Positions 51,001-64,000 of a stretch of 64,000 bases of DNA are shown here, in pieces. Position 1 is the stretch's first letter, and each line of letters starts with the position of its first letter. The position numbers were made by a program, and so were the translations under genes. The stretch comes from Malacoraja senta (Eukaryota): NCBI GenBank assembly GCA_038087875.1, contig CM075978.1:162688001-162752000 (forward strand), in the 5' to 3' direction. The notes under the pieces were generated by a model. That model had not been told where the DNA came from and searched no databases. It was given only the letters and a program-made list of their open reading frames with translations.

Positions 51001-52929
51001 AAGAATAAAAATTCATTATATAACATTTTGTGCTAAATGCTTATGTATGTACTAAGGTTGAAAGAAACTATTTAATCAGTAATGGGCTTCAATTAACTCA
51101 CTGAAGTCAAATCATTTGTCCCAATAATGAGGCTCAGGTGTACATCTAACTTTAGCTATTTATTGCTGTACAATGATGAGATTGAGAATGAAATCACCTC
51201 TGCCTTGATAAATAATAACGGTTTCACAGATATTTCTTCACGTTTTGACATTGGGTTGTGAGCGATGGAAGGTTTAGTCTGAATTATTTTTAGTCTGAAA
51301 AAAATCTTCATAAATACAGAAACGCAAATCAAGATATCGAGAGCCAAAGACACATCTGTAAATAATAGAAAAAGCACAAGAACTGATCAAGGGGAATTTA
51401 CATTGAATGTGTATGATACTGAACCATTGTGATGCAGTTATCATTGCAGCTTTATTATTGAGAGCATTTCTTTAGAGCATTTATCTGGGGGGAAAAATTT
51501 ACAAATCTACTTTTAACAGTGTTTTTTTACATGCAGTTATATCGTTAACTTCACAGAGCCAAACATTAAATCGATACCCTGAAGAAAATGAATAAAATAC
51601 ATGGTAGAAAGTAATTCACCATGTTGTATTTTAGACACCCAAATTGCCAATGATCAAAACCTGAAAGTAACAGAGAAGTAAGAAATAACCACTATGGATT
51701 TATGATTACTGAAGATCAATATCAGTTTTTGATCAGTAAATTACTGATATAATCAGTGGTGTATTTCCCTTTCCATAATACATATAAATTATAGGATGTG
51801 ACATTTATTTTATTTGCACATTGCATTGTGTGAATTTTATTTTATATGTATTAACTTAACTTATTAATTCAATCTAAAATGAATTTCTAGTTAACTGATA
51901 ATAAAATGTAAACTGCTATCCCCAGAAAGAATAATCTACTTCCATAAAGTAATAATGGGGACGAAAAATCTGGCAACTCCAGTACATTTATTAAACCTAT
52001 ATCACTTTTAAAAGACCAAAATATTGTTCTTCCATGTTCTGATGTGACCCGGAAATTTTTTGAAAAAATTCTAAAATTACTATCTGAAGTTCTGATAAAG
52101 ACACACTCTCATCATCGACACCTCGGGCAAGGCCATCTAATAGGGACAAATTGCCAATGACTGCCCAAGCAACTACCACAGACTGCTGATTTGTGGATTG
52201 ATACTGATGTTTAATGATCCCCTTGGGTGGATCAATAGTAATAATCCTCTTTTCTGCCTTTCTTTCTTATTGGCACTACAGACTAGGGTTTCGGTGGGAG
52301 CTCTGTAGCAATTGCAAGCTTATAGGGGCAGCAAAGCAAGCGTTCTACAAGTTAAAACACCAGGTAGAGAACAAACAGCATCTCACTGCTTTACAGACGC
52401 AAAGTTTTATTTCACTCGACTTATGACTTGTATAAAAGCGGATGAATGTCTGGGATGAAATCCATGAAAAATAAAGGTTAATGTGCTTTTTCTTTCCTTC
52501 AATATTTCTGAATTAAAGCATTGTTCAATAGTAGGCCATGTGCTTCAATGAAAATTTGATTTAAAAATTAAAAAGTAGAATAATTTTTAATAAAAGAGCA
52601 GTTGATTCAACATTTAAATTAAATTCTGTGAAGTAATAATAAACTGGCAATTGAAAAACTTGGCTGATTCGTCACATCATCAGCACTGAATGCAAACACA
52701 ACTCAGTTTAAGTCATTCCTAATTTGACTTCAGCGTTGTTAAATGTAAAGCTCTAGATTTCCCTGTATTGATAAATACAAATAACAAGTAATAATAAGTA
52801 GAAATATTTGTGCGCCATATTTTTAACTAGGCATCTTTTGTTCACAAATTCTGCTGTGGATTCAATAAATTTTGGCAATAAATGTCTGATTGTCAAGCTA
52901 TGCTTCATGTTTAATGATCATAAAATTCC

Positions 52930-55434
52930 ATGCAAATAAAATCAGGTTAAAAAATGAAGCTGCAGTGAAAACAAATAAAACTGAAAAGCACTATCATTTT
53001 TTCAAAAAAATCATCCCTAATAAAGAATGCATTCTGACAGCCCCTGGCACTAATCAACCTTGTACAGTAAATCAGAAGTCCTTGCCTGCTTACTTGCATA
53101 AGCGATCACATTCAATTCATTACATCATTATGTCATATCCATACTAATCTCTGCCCTCACACCTCTGTGGCTTTGACATGCAAATGAGGTAGAAAAGCAC
53201 ACATTAAAAAACACTGCAATCATGTCATGATTCTGAGCTTGAAGCCCTTCTCTGCACACAGGGCTGGTGATCAGAAGAAACAACAGCAATCTGTTGAGGA
53301 TCAGACGCTGAGGCAAGGAGGAGGGGAGGTGGATACACACATACACGTGTCACAAACGCAGCCTGTGTGCCTGCTTTGCATATTCACATGATTTCCATGC
53401 TCATCTGCTTTGGCAGTCAAGTACAAGTTTTTTAAAGTCTCGCACTACGAGGCCATAAATAAAACGAGGAAAAGGATAGAACTGCCTTACCTCAGCTTGT
53501 TTGCCTTGTGCTCTTGCCTTGGAATTCCCTGTGGCTGCTTTGAATTTTGAGCTCCATCCTTCAAGGTTTTGCCATCCCCTCCTCTCTCTGAGTTGTGACT
53601 GGTATATAAAAAAATAAAAAGACAACTACATGTTAAGCCAGCAGGCAAGACATCATGAAGCCTTGGATAGGGGGAGGGAAGAGAGGAGGGGTGGGTCACA
53701 GTTAAACGCTTTACAAAGGAAAACCTGAAGGCTTTCGTAACTTGTAAGAGTCACTTTTCCAGACGTTGCTCTAAGGAGTTGGTGGTTAGGGGCTAGAACC
53801 ACATTGCAGGCATGTGCCTGGGATTAAAAGCAGTGCAAATGTCTTCCATATATTCAAACTCGGAATTGCTTCGTGTAAAAATAACTCAGTAATAGTCTAG
53901 GACACAAATTCGGATGAAATTGTCATTCGAAAAGGTCCAGTCTGGACTGATTGAACACTTTATAAGAGAAACATAATTTTAATCACATGTCTGCCGACTC
54001 TCTTCTGGGTAACTGAATTTGATGAAAACATTCATGACAGAGGTTGCAGCTACATCAGAACACTCCAGCCCCAGAAAATAAATGCAACCTCACATTTTAC
54101 CGAGAATAAATGCTGCTTAAATGATAAAACATAATTTTGAACCGAATTATGGAAGAGCCAATTAAATTACACAACCGTTTTTTAAAAGAGGGCAACCATA
54201 TTGAAAGCAAGTCACATTTTTTTTTTTAACTCGTCAATTTAAGAAAACATAAACGAGCCACAGAAAACTTGTTTTGAATAAAAACACAAAGTTCTTAAAA
54301 GGTTTTAAATTTCATCCAAATGTCTGATGGAGTGGGGGAGAAGTAAGGAATAAAGATAACTGATGCCCTTTATTTCCTTCCATGTTGTTGTACTTCTTTT
54401 ATCTCCCGTGCCCAGAACAGGATCACATGGTCCTGCAGATATAGAGCAAGGGGGGAGGAGGCTGGTGGAGAAAGAGAAAAGAAAACAGACACACTCATCC
54501 ACGCACCCCTACACGCAGATACACATGCACAAAGAAAAAAAAGACAACATTTGCATGCTGGACTGATCTGACAGAATCTTCAGCTTGCTTTTGCCTGGTT
54601 TTAGCCTGAAGATGCATGACCCTGCTGTGGCGTGCAGCAGCCGTGGAGGTGACCCCATGCTAACCAGCCTGTTAGAACTAATAAGGTACACCCATAAACG
54701 ACACCACTGACATTACGGACTCCTGCAGAATTTGTCTATTTATGCACTAGTGGGATCTAAATTTGCTGCTTCTCGCTGTATTATGTATCATTACACTTCC
54801 AAGATAATTTTTGGTTTTTTCAGACACTTGCAATACGCTTCTGTCGGATAATTATCAACAACATCAAATAGGGAGATTGCAAATGGCTGGCTGTATTGGA
54901 GGACAGTCCAGAGATGTGCGGAGATAATTTTATTTCTACTAAATTCAACACAAATGGCTTCAGAACAGCAATTTCTCCACTGACAGCACGTCAGCAACCA
55001 TTTATATTATATATTATTTTCCCCTCACTCCCCTCGCTCTGCTGAAATCCTCCATTTTGTGATCACTTGTGATCATCGCAGCTTCCTATTTGCATGCTAC
55101 GAGATGGTGGCAAGCAGGGGGAAGAAAAAGACAGTATGTAGAGTGAATGTCAAAGCCCACTTCTGGCATTTGCTCATTTAAATTCAATCATGCAACCTTG
55201 CAGGAGCTGAAAAATAGATGGCCTGCATTATGAATTTCTGATCAGCCGACTGATAGGTTATGGGAGAGGACAGTAATCCTATTGAACAGCCTTTTTCCAA
55301 GCTGGGGAGTAAGACAGCTGCCCTTCTGAGATTGTTTTTTTTTTCTCTTTACCCTCCTATTATTTTAGCATTCCCCCCCCCCCTCCCCATATTCTACTGA
55401 ATGTGACATGTATTAGAACCGCTCACATTTGCAT
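52930..55434. promoter_or_regulatory. Cluster of five perfect POU octamers; candidate enhancer or promoter
   Basis: ATGCAAAT or ATTTGCAT at 52930, 53178, 54549, 55088 and 55427. CTTTGAC-ATGCAAAT at 53171-53185 resembles a Sox-Oct composite. Lies in a repeat-free context. Confidence 0.5.
53491..53598 (-). other. Candidate 108-nt exon
   Basis: Branch-point-like cttaac, pyrimidine tract, acceptor ccag|TCAC and donor GAG|GTAAGG. Length is a multiple of 3 and two frames are open. No recognised protein. Confidence 0.55.
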
Positions 55435-58400
55435 CTGGAGCTTCATTTGATGTACTAACATTAATCATGAACACCATTTTAAAATGGACTACATGGTCTT
55501 TATTTGTTTACACTTTAAAAGCCTCAATATATTTCAAACTCGACAATTCTTTATGGTCTCATTGTTAAACTAAGTACTCATAAATGCTAATAAATGATTG
55601 AATAAGACAACAAGACAAAAGTTCATTAAAAAATAACATGAAAATGAAATATGCGATCAAACATATGTTCTCAAATAATTGGGGTATGTGGAAGAAACGG
55701 AAAAGACTCCAGCTCATAATTTTCGTTTATTTGATATGTAACACAGTGATACAAGTCTACTCTTAAATCTTAGTGCTAAGCTTAGCCTATTCAGTGCGTC
55801 TTACTTATATTCAGCTATTAGACAAAGGATTAAGGCATCTCTATAAATCCTAAAACACACAAATAAAGTAGATTACAATTCAAAAAGCTATAGCCATTAA
55901 TGGAAAACAGAAATATTTCAATCAAATTATCTTTTTTTTATCACTAGGAACAAAGTAAAATGCATTAAATTAAAAATAAATGATAGTCATGGCTTAGTAT
56001 ATCTTTAATATAAATAATGAAATCAGTCTCCATGCAGTTGTCTTTTGTTCACATTACACTTTATAACGGCATACCTTCGGGATTTTTCATTTTAAAATAT
56101 CTGATTTTTTATTTTTTAAATGTTTTATTAAAACTGCTTTCAAATCTGTGGAAAATTCCATGTCATGCGAACAAAATCTGATCAGGCCAATAATTAATTG
56201 TGCTATTTGCAGGATGTAAATGGAAGAAGCATTAAAAGATGTGTACACCACTGCATTCCTGCTTTAGGCTTGGCGCCACAGCAAATGGATGTTTGAATCA
56301 GCTGGAATAACCATAATATTCCCTTCCCCAGCGTAAGTGCAGAGAGCGGGCGAATCATCCGCCGTGGCCATGTGACCTCTCCTTGCACCTTCTGGTCAAG
56401 TGGAAATGTAACTTCTGGAGAACAGCAAGTTTACAGCATCCTCTGCTTCAAAGTTAAAAAGGGTAGCAAAATATATCTGAACCGTCTTCTGTCCTCTCAG
56501 AGACCAGAAATAAAATGGTCTCCTAATACATTTTATGGCTTTTCGGACTCTAATTTAATGCAGTAACGGGAGAAAAACAAATCATAACAATGGAACATAC
56601 AGTGAATAAGGACATATAAAGCATGCTGGTTCCTTCTGGTAGTTTAATCACGACCTGTTCGTTCTTTTGCTGTGGCAATTTCCAACCCTACCTAGGAGGG
56701 AGTGTGCTGCTTGGCAAAAAGCCTCTGCATGCCCTCTAGTTTATTGTCCTAGTGGCCTTTAATTTGTGTATAAGAATAGACAGTGAATAATGGCAGGCTA
56801 CTTGGTTGGAGAAGGCATCACAAGCAAGCATTATTCCGTCGTCACCTGACATTTCGACTTGCACACTTCCGGCAGGGGTCCCGTCTGGATACCAGCAAAT
56901 GATGGTAATTTTTCACTCCTTAACAGAGAATTGCTGAGCCAATTGCAGTACCCTCCCGCTGCCTCTATTGAGATCATTCTCTCTGGGCAAGTTTGACAAT
57001 GGATTTTTAAAAACCTCATCCTTCCACTATTATTGGAACGAAGAAGGAAAGCGGAAAAGGCCATCAGCATTTCTCAGGACATTTAGCTGTTCGCTCCCTT
57101 TAACCTTACATCCTATTTTGCAGAGGCAAACAAGAAACTAACTGTAAATGCAATGCCTAAGTTCTGCACCTGCATGCTCAGCTCATTACCATAAGCTAAA
57201 AAGTATGGCATAGACTGGGATCAAATAGAAGGAATACCACTGCTGCTATCCAGATGGAGATGGTTTACATTTGACATAAGGTCAATGGTTTCTAAAACAA
57301 AAAACCTCTTGCTTGTAACATTCCTGCTAACTCCACTATTTCATTCAGAACAAAGGGAATCCATTATGCATAAAAAAACATTGCCACAGTACATTAAATT
57401 ATCTTAGAATATTGAACTCAACACACTGCAACACCAGATTTAACAAATCAGCTTGCAGAAAGATTTTGCTGAACAAAACTCGATGCACCGAGCCTCAATC
57501 AGCAGCGTGCACTGCAGCCATGTTTGCACTTCATATTTCCACATTTAAATGCTGCTCAAATCGGCAGCGGACGAGATATAAAGAACTTTCACAGATCGGC
57601 CCAGTGCACAAATGAAGTCATTTTGTCTCAGCTCAGCTGGGATTTTAAGTGGTCGAGGGATGTGAGGTGTTAACACTCAGGCCATCGTTACACTTGCGGG
57701 CACGGCACCAAGCTTTACACCAGGAGACTACTTGATAGCATGCATCTTTCTTAACAAGATGCAAAATAAGAAACACATTTGCCTGTTATTAAACCCCACT
57801 CATAAGTGGTTGCAGGGCTCCTTTTTTTGCTAAATATCGGGAGGACCCAGGGGGATTGGTGTATGGTAACTGGAGATGAATTTCAGACAGGGAGCCTTTT
57901 AAACCTGCAGTGAAGGAATCTGAAGCATCAGACCATGAACATCAGTTTTAAATGCTTTTTCCTTGCCAAAGGAGTAAACACTTAGTAAAAGAGGGGGAAA
58001 AATGAGAGCGCTGACATGGATTGGATAAATACACTGGATGGATTGAGGACATTACGCACTGTTTCAAATCTGGCTGTGCATTAAAGGCTAACACTTCTTT
58101 TAAGATGGCACACAAGTCCACTTTATGCAATATGGAAAAGATTAAGGATATTAATTCATCTACCACCTAATCAATTATAGGTTATGTACTAGACTTCTGT
58201 TCCTACACAGTATTCATCATCAAATTTACACTGGCCTGTCTGTGTTGTTCCACAAAATTCTAATACACTGGCACATAAGGTCCACAATGGTAATATGATA
58301 TATTTAAAAAGCTTTCTTACGCTGCTCAAGCTTGCAAGCAGTCCATCTTACATTGGTACTCCTTAAGCACCTTTCCTTTGACATGGTTGATTACTGAAGC

Positions 58401-61400
58401 ACTTTGGAACCACTTTAGAATCTTTGCGCCAATTAAGTAAAACAAAACTATGGATAGCCAGCAATCTACATGGTAATTTAACGCATTTCTCACCAATTTC
58501 CTAAAATTCACTAACTGGGCATAAATCTAGAGTATATTGCAATAGCAACACGAGCAATTTATTCATTCCAGGTGTGTGGCTGTTTTATTTATGACACAGC
58601 ATCTTTTCTGTCTGGACTTTCAACATGAGAACCTCTACTTTGTAGCCAGCTGCAGGCGGTTGCTGTGAACAGCAACACTGTGAGTTAGAAAACCTTCAAT
58701 ACCACAGTGCAATCAGTTTCCTTCAACCTGCATCCTGCGTCCTGCCTCGCTTTCCAAGGCACATCGCTGTTATCTTTCTCTACCTCTGAAAAAATGGTTT
58801 CCAGTGGAAACAAAATGCAGCAGAGTGACATACAATTTTTTTTGTATAAACAGCAACGAAAGCTTACGCTTATATATTTAATCACCTGATCCATGGTTTA
58901 CCTGTGGCATAGCACACCGAGTAGACCAGTGAAAGTATATTAGAGCTGGCTTCACTATGACTAAGCCTGTACAAATAATCATTGCCAATTATCACCTATA
59001 TACCTGCACACTATTTAGGTACTGAGCAAGCTAACAGCATGTTTTAACAAGGCTAATTATTAGGCCGTTTTAACTTTCAGTGCTCCAAACTCCCTCTTTA
59101 CCAGATACTTCCCGTTTCACTAAATGTGTCGCTGAGCATACGGCCAAAGCAATATTCAATACGTTGACTCTTTGTGGCTATTTTCTTCTATGACAATCCA
59201 TTTGCGTGAGGGTCTCCAGATAAAATACTAAATTTCTTGGGCCATTTTGCTATTTGCTTTCTAATTTAAATGATTCTTTTTCAGTGGTTCCCTGAATATG
59301 AAGGAACTTTAAACCAGTTATTAAGATAATTACCATACAATGCATATTTATCGTGATCCCACATACTTTTAACATCAATTTAGGTTACCTTGAAAATCCA
59401 TAGACCCTAAAATGCCTTTTTTAAGTGATTTTGCTCCTGTCTGGTTGACACATTTACCATAGTAATCAGATGGAATAATCACTTCTGGCTAACACCTTAA
59501 CTGCAAGATGAAGCCTAAAATTCCTATTTTCATGCATAAATATTCCACATTAGCACACAAAGCCAATAATGCCATGCAGTGTACAGTTGAGCCACTATAC
59601 ATTCTGAATTTCACATACATTTGTCTTATAAGCAGAGAGTAGTTATGTTGTTTCAATCAATGTGCCTCAAAATAATAGCTAATGCATAACTACTCTTAAT
59701 GGTAAGTATAAAATATAAAAGACTGTTGAAATATATGATAATGAGATTTGGCCGTATTCTCTAAAATACTAGCTACTAAAAGACGGCAGTAAAATCATTA
59801 AATCACAATATGTATGATATGAAGTTTAAACTGAAAGATACAAACAAAAATTATAGTCATTACATTAGCCAGGGAGAACAGCACTAATGCTTTTTTAATG
59901 CAATATTTAAATTACTCCTGGCTAATGCAGGGTATTCTGTTCATTTCTATTCCTGCCAAGGGTTTAAGGTGGGGAGGGGGTGGGGGGTGCAAATTAAAGT
60001 AAATTCTTTATAATCAAGGTACAACTGCCCTAAGCTGCAAGTAGCACTCATCTAAATAGCCTCTGCCCCTATTATGCTTCTCTTTTATTCTCTGGACTAT
60101 TGAATTAAATATACAAAAACTCCATCATACAGCAATATAATTTCTGTGTCTGGATGAGGAAGGATTCTGGGTAATTGGCTGGTTGCAGTTCACTCATTGT
60201 TCACAGCTGACATCGAGAGATTCATAGAGCGTCGAGAGAGATTTCCCCTTTGCGCTTATTTCACCCTCGGAGAAAAGTCATTTGTCTGATTTATTTATGA
60301 TGCAATGAAGGTATGCTGAATGGATCAGGATAACCTAACACTGGTCAAACTATCTGTCAGTAAAGATAAAGCACACGTATACTCCAATGGGCACACTGTT
60401 TTTAACTATCTCCATACCTCAAACTGCATGGCCTTTGTGATATTGTTTTGTGTGCAAGTTTCACATAAAACAGAAGCCAAATGGATTTGTGCAGTCCTGT
60501 ACATTCCAGTTGCATTTGTTTAAATTATAAATGTGAACAGTAGATATTCAATTCCATCCTTTTTTGTCGGATTTATAATTTTGCACACCAGTCAGCAAGT
60601 GTAGATTATTAAAGTAATTACTGGCCATTTTCTGCGCTGCCCCAAATAGCCTTTAACACTCCAGGTTAACTGCTTTCCGTCATAATGCAAACATTATTTT
60701 CATAGTCTATCAGGCACAGTTCCCAAAGCATGAGAAGGAGTGATTATTTGTAGGCAAGACTAGCCCCTGCAGGCAAAATCTGCCATTGCAATCACAGAGA
60801 CATCAAATGCTTTGATATTCTGTTTTTGTAGGAAAAGTCTACAGAGAGGAGTGGGGGAGGAGGTATTGTTTATCAAAGCAAATGCTTCATAAACTAATTT
60901 CATTTTCAGCAAAAGAATATACTGCATCCTGTAAAACTAGTGGAATTTAAAATAGCCCATGCGATGAATGACAAAAAGAAGCTTTAATGCAGCTTTCATC
61001 AAAGTCTCAATTCACTCTCCTAATTGAATAAGTTGCTGTCCCACTTGACAAAGGATCAAAATTACATTTCCTTACCACTGTTCGATTGAGGGGGAAAAAA
61101 AATTGTTTTAGATCTTATGTCACCCAACAAAATAATGTAATCAATAAAAATATCGAACAAACGCCTGGACAGCACTTGTTTTGCAAAACGAGGAAATGGA
61201 AGTGATGTTTTGCCTTTATTTAATTGCCAGGACTTATTCCCTGCTCATAGCTAATTCTTGTCCCTTGAAATGCTGTGGATATAACCTGAAGCAATTCATG
61301 AAATCTTGCTCTGTCAGTATAGCACAGCAATCATGGCTATTTTTGCAGGGCACATTTTATTTCAGCTGCAGCGGAAAATCATTTACAAAAATAACAAAAA

Positions 61401-61695
61401 GATTGCTCTGTGAATATATGCAGCCTTATTTCAAGAGCAGAGCAATACAGCATTACACAACTTGTTATTTTCAACCCTAAATGATCATTGCAAGGCATTG
61501 ACAGATCTGCATGTCATCTGCATCAGGGCAACATTGCAAAAAGGAAAATACTGTTTCGAAAATAAAATAAATCCACAACAAAAAAAATGCAAGCATGCTT
61601 ATTAAAAAATACATCTCAGCAACATTTTTAGCAGTTTAAACATTTAAGTCTACTGTGGCTTTCCTCAATAAATTCTTGTCACTTACAAGATATAT

Positions 61696-62237
61696 GTATT
61701 ATGTTCAGTTCCACGCACCAGGTTATAGGAAAGATGTTGTCAAGCTGAAAATGTACAGAGAAGATTTACGAGGATGTTGCCAGGACTGGAGGGTCTGCAC
61801 TATAGGGAGAGGTTGAGTAGGCTGGGACTCTATTCCTTGGAGCACAGGAGGATGAGGGGTGATCTTATAGAGGTGTATAAAATCATGAGAGGAATAGATC
61901 AGGTAAATGCTCAGAGTCTCTTGCCCAGAGTAGAAGAATCGAGGACCAGAGGATATAGGTTTAAGGTGAAGTGGAAAAGATTTAATAGGAATCTGAGCGG
62001 CAACTTTTTCACATAAAGGGTGGTGGGTGTATGGAACAAGATGCCAGAGGAGGTAATTGAGGCTGGAACTGTACCAACGTTTAAGAAACAGTTTGACAGG
62101 TACATGGATAGGACAGGTTTGGAAGGATTATGGACATAACGCAGGCATGTGGGACTAGTGTAGCTGGGTCGGTGTGGGCAGGTTGGGCCAAAGGACCTGT
62201 TTCCACAATGTATCACCCTATGACTCTATGACTCTAT
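61696..62237 (+). mobile_element. CR1 3' fragment, (CTATGA)n-type tail
   Basis: MLPGLEGLHYRERLSRLGLYSLEHRRMRGDLIEVYK plus the 3' tail. Confidence 0.95.
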
Positions 62238-62551
62238 CCAAACACTTAAAAGTTTAATGCATTTATTGCTCTTTGCAGGCACACAAATCTGGAAGAGAAA
62301 GTATAAATGTTACATTTCGTAACTCTTTATACCAAACTAGTCATCTCTTTACTTCAAGAAGATGTATGATCTAAGGAGTTGGTCCCTATGCATTTCTATA
62401 CTTGTCCAATAAACACAATCATGCACACAATTTGCTATAATTAAGAAGTACTAAAGGTCTTTATTGATGGGGAATCAACTCCTTGAGATGCCATTATGTG
62501 TGTTTTGCATACTTGATATCATTCATCTCAGGACAGGAGTGCTGAAGCAGT

Positions 62552-64000
62552 TAGAAACATAGAAACATAGAAAATAGGTGCAGGAGTAGGCCATTCGGCC
62601 CTTCGAGCCTGCACCGCCATTCAATATGATCATGGCTGATCATCCAACTCAGTATACTGTACCTGCCTTCTCTCCATACCCCCTGATCCCATTAGCCACA
62701 AGGGCCACATCTAACTCCCTCTTACATATAGCCAATGAACTGGCCTCAACTACCTTCTGTGGCAGAGAATTCCAGAGATTCACCACTCTCTGTGTGAAAA
62801 ATGTTTTTCTCATCTCGGTCCTAAAATATTTCCCCTTTATCCTTAAATTGTGACCCCTTGTCCTGGACTTCCCCAACATCGGGAACAATCTTCCTGCATC
62901 TAGCCTGTCCAACCCCTTAAGAATTTTGTAAGTTTCTATAAGATCCCCCCTCAATCTTCTAAATTCTAGTGAGTACAAGCCGAGTCTATCCAGTCTTTCT
63001 TCATATGAAAGTCCTGACATCCCAGGAATCAGTCTGGTGAACCTTCTCTGTACTCCCTCTATGGCAAGAATGTCTTTCCTCAGATTTGGAGACCAAAACT
63101 GTACGCAATACTCCAGGTGTGGTCTCACCAAGACCCTGTACAACTGCAGTAGAACCTCCCTGCTCCTATACTCAAATTCTTTTGCTATGAATGCTAACAT
63201 ACCATTCGCTTTCTTCACTGCCTGCTGCACCTGCATGCCTACTTTCAATGATTGGTGTTCCATGACACCCAGGTCTCATTGCATCTCCCCTTTTCCTAAT
63301 CGGCCACAATTCAGATAATAGTCTACTTTCCTGTTTTTGCCACCAAAGTGGATAATCTCACATTTATCCACATTATACTGCATCTGCCATGCATTTGCCC
63401 ACTCACCCAGCCTATCCAAGTCACCTTGCAGCCTCCTAGCATCCTCCTCACAGCTAACACTGCCCCCCAGCTTTGTGTCATCCGCAAACTTGGAGATGTT
63501 GCATTCAATTCCCTCGTCCAAATCATTAATATATATTGTAAATAGCTGGGGTCCCAGCACTGAGCCTTGCGGTACCCCACTATTCACTGCCTGCCATTCT
63601 GAAAAGGACCCGTTTACTCCTACTCTTTGCTTCCTGTTTGCTAGCCAGTTCTCTATCCACATCAATACTGAACCCCCAATACCGTGTGCTTTAAGTTTGT
63701 ATACTCATCTCTTATGAGGGACCTTGTCGAAAGCCTTCTGAAAGTCCAGATATAACACATCCACTGGTTCTCCATTATCCACTCTACTAGTTACATCCTC
63801 GAAAAATTCTATTAGATTCGTCAGACATGATTTACCTTTCGTAAATCCATGCTGACTTTGTCCAATGATTTCACCACTTTCCAAATGTGCTGCTCTCCCA
63901 TCTTTAATAACTGAATCTAGCAGTTTCCCCACTACCGATGTTAGACTAACTGGTCTGTAATTCCCCGTTTTCTCTCTCCCTCCCTTTTTAAAAAGTGGGG
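62552..64000 (-). mobile_element. Young CR1 LINE, RT domain to 3' end, continuing beyond the window
   Basis: GNYRPVSLTS, YLDFQKAFDKV, SGVPQGSVLGP and KFADD in one frame with two in-frame stops (63705, 63276). (CTATGTTT)n tail. Confidence 0.97.

Noticed and set aside
51997-52426. Short ORFs in a complex-looking sequence block
   Set aside because: No recognisable protein or consistent splice sites; more likely non-coding.
56213-56332. Possible plus-strand exon (ttgcag|...|gtaagt)
   Set aside because: Weak pyrimidine tract, stops in all frames, and opposite strand to the better candidates.
1-64000. CRISPR arrays, operons or other prokaryotic systems
   Set aside because: The window is eukaryotic repeat-rich non-coding DNA with no repeat-spacer arrays or gene-dense segments.

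Overview
AT-rich vertebrate non-coding DNA. The repeat content (HE1-type tRNA/V-SINEs, HER1/CR1 LINEs, Penelope elements, L2, Rex1/Babar) points to a cartilaginous fish, probably a skate or ray; this is an inference from repeat families recognised from memory. I found no intact host protein-coding gene. The long ORFs I could assign to a protein family are retroelement fragments (Penelope GIY-YIG endonuclease; CR1, Rex1 and L1 reverse-transcriptase regions). From about 3 to 42 kb the window is rich in transposons. From about 42 to 61.7 kb I could recognise no transposons; this part carries a cluster of POU octamer motifs and candidate minus-strand exons, consistent with a conserved regulatory or lncRNA/5'UTR locus of an unidentified gene. 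The most notable signals are two ribozyme-bearing mobile systems. (1) A 140-bp element at 18845-18984 (-), flanked by a target-site duplication (TSD), whose first 54 nt fold by eye into a minimal HDV-like ribozyme with the predicted cleavage site at the element's 5' boundary. (2) About ten Penelope-derived short elements, several with a recognisable minimal hammerhead core, four of them inserted as TSD-flanked inverted-repeat hairpins. All structures were folded by eye, no searches were run, and boundaries of old repeats are approximate.
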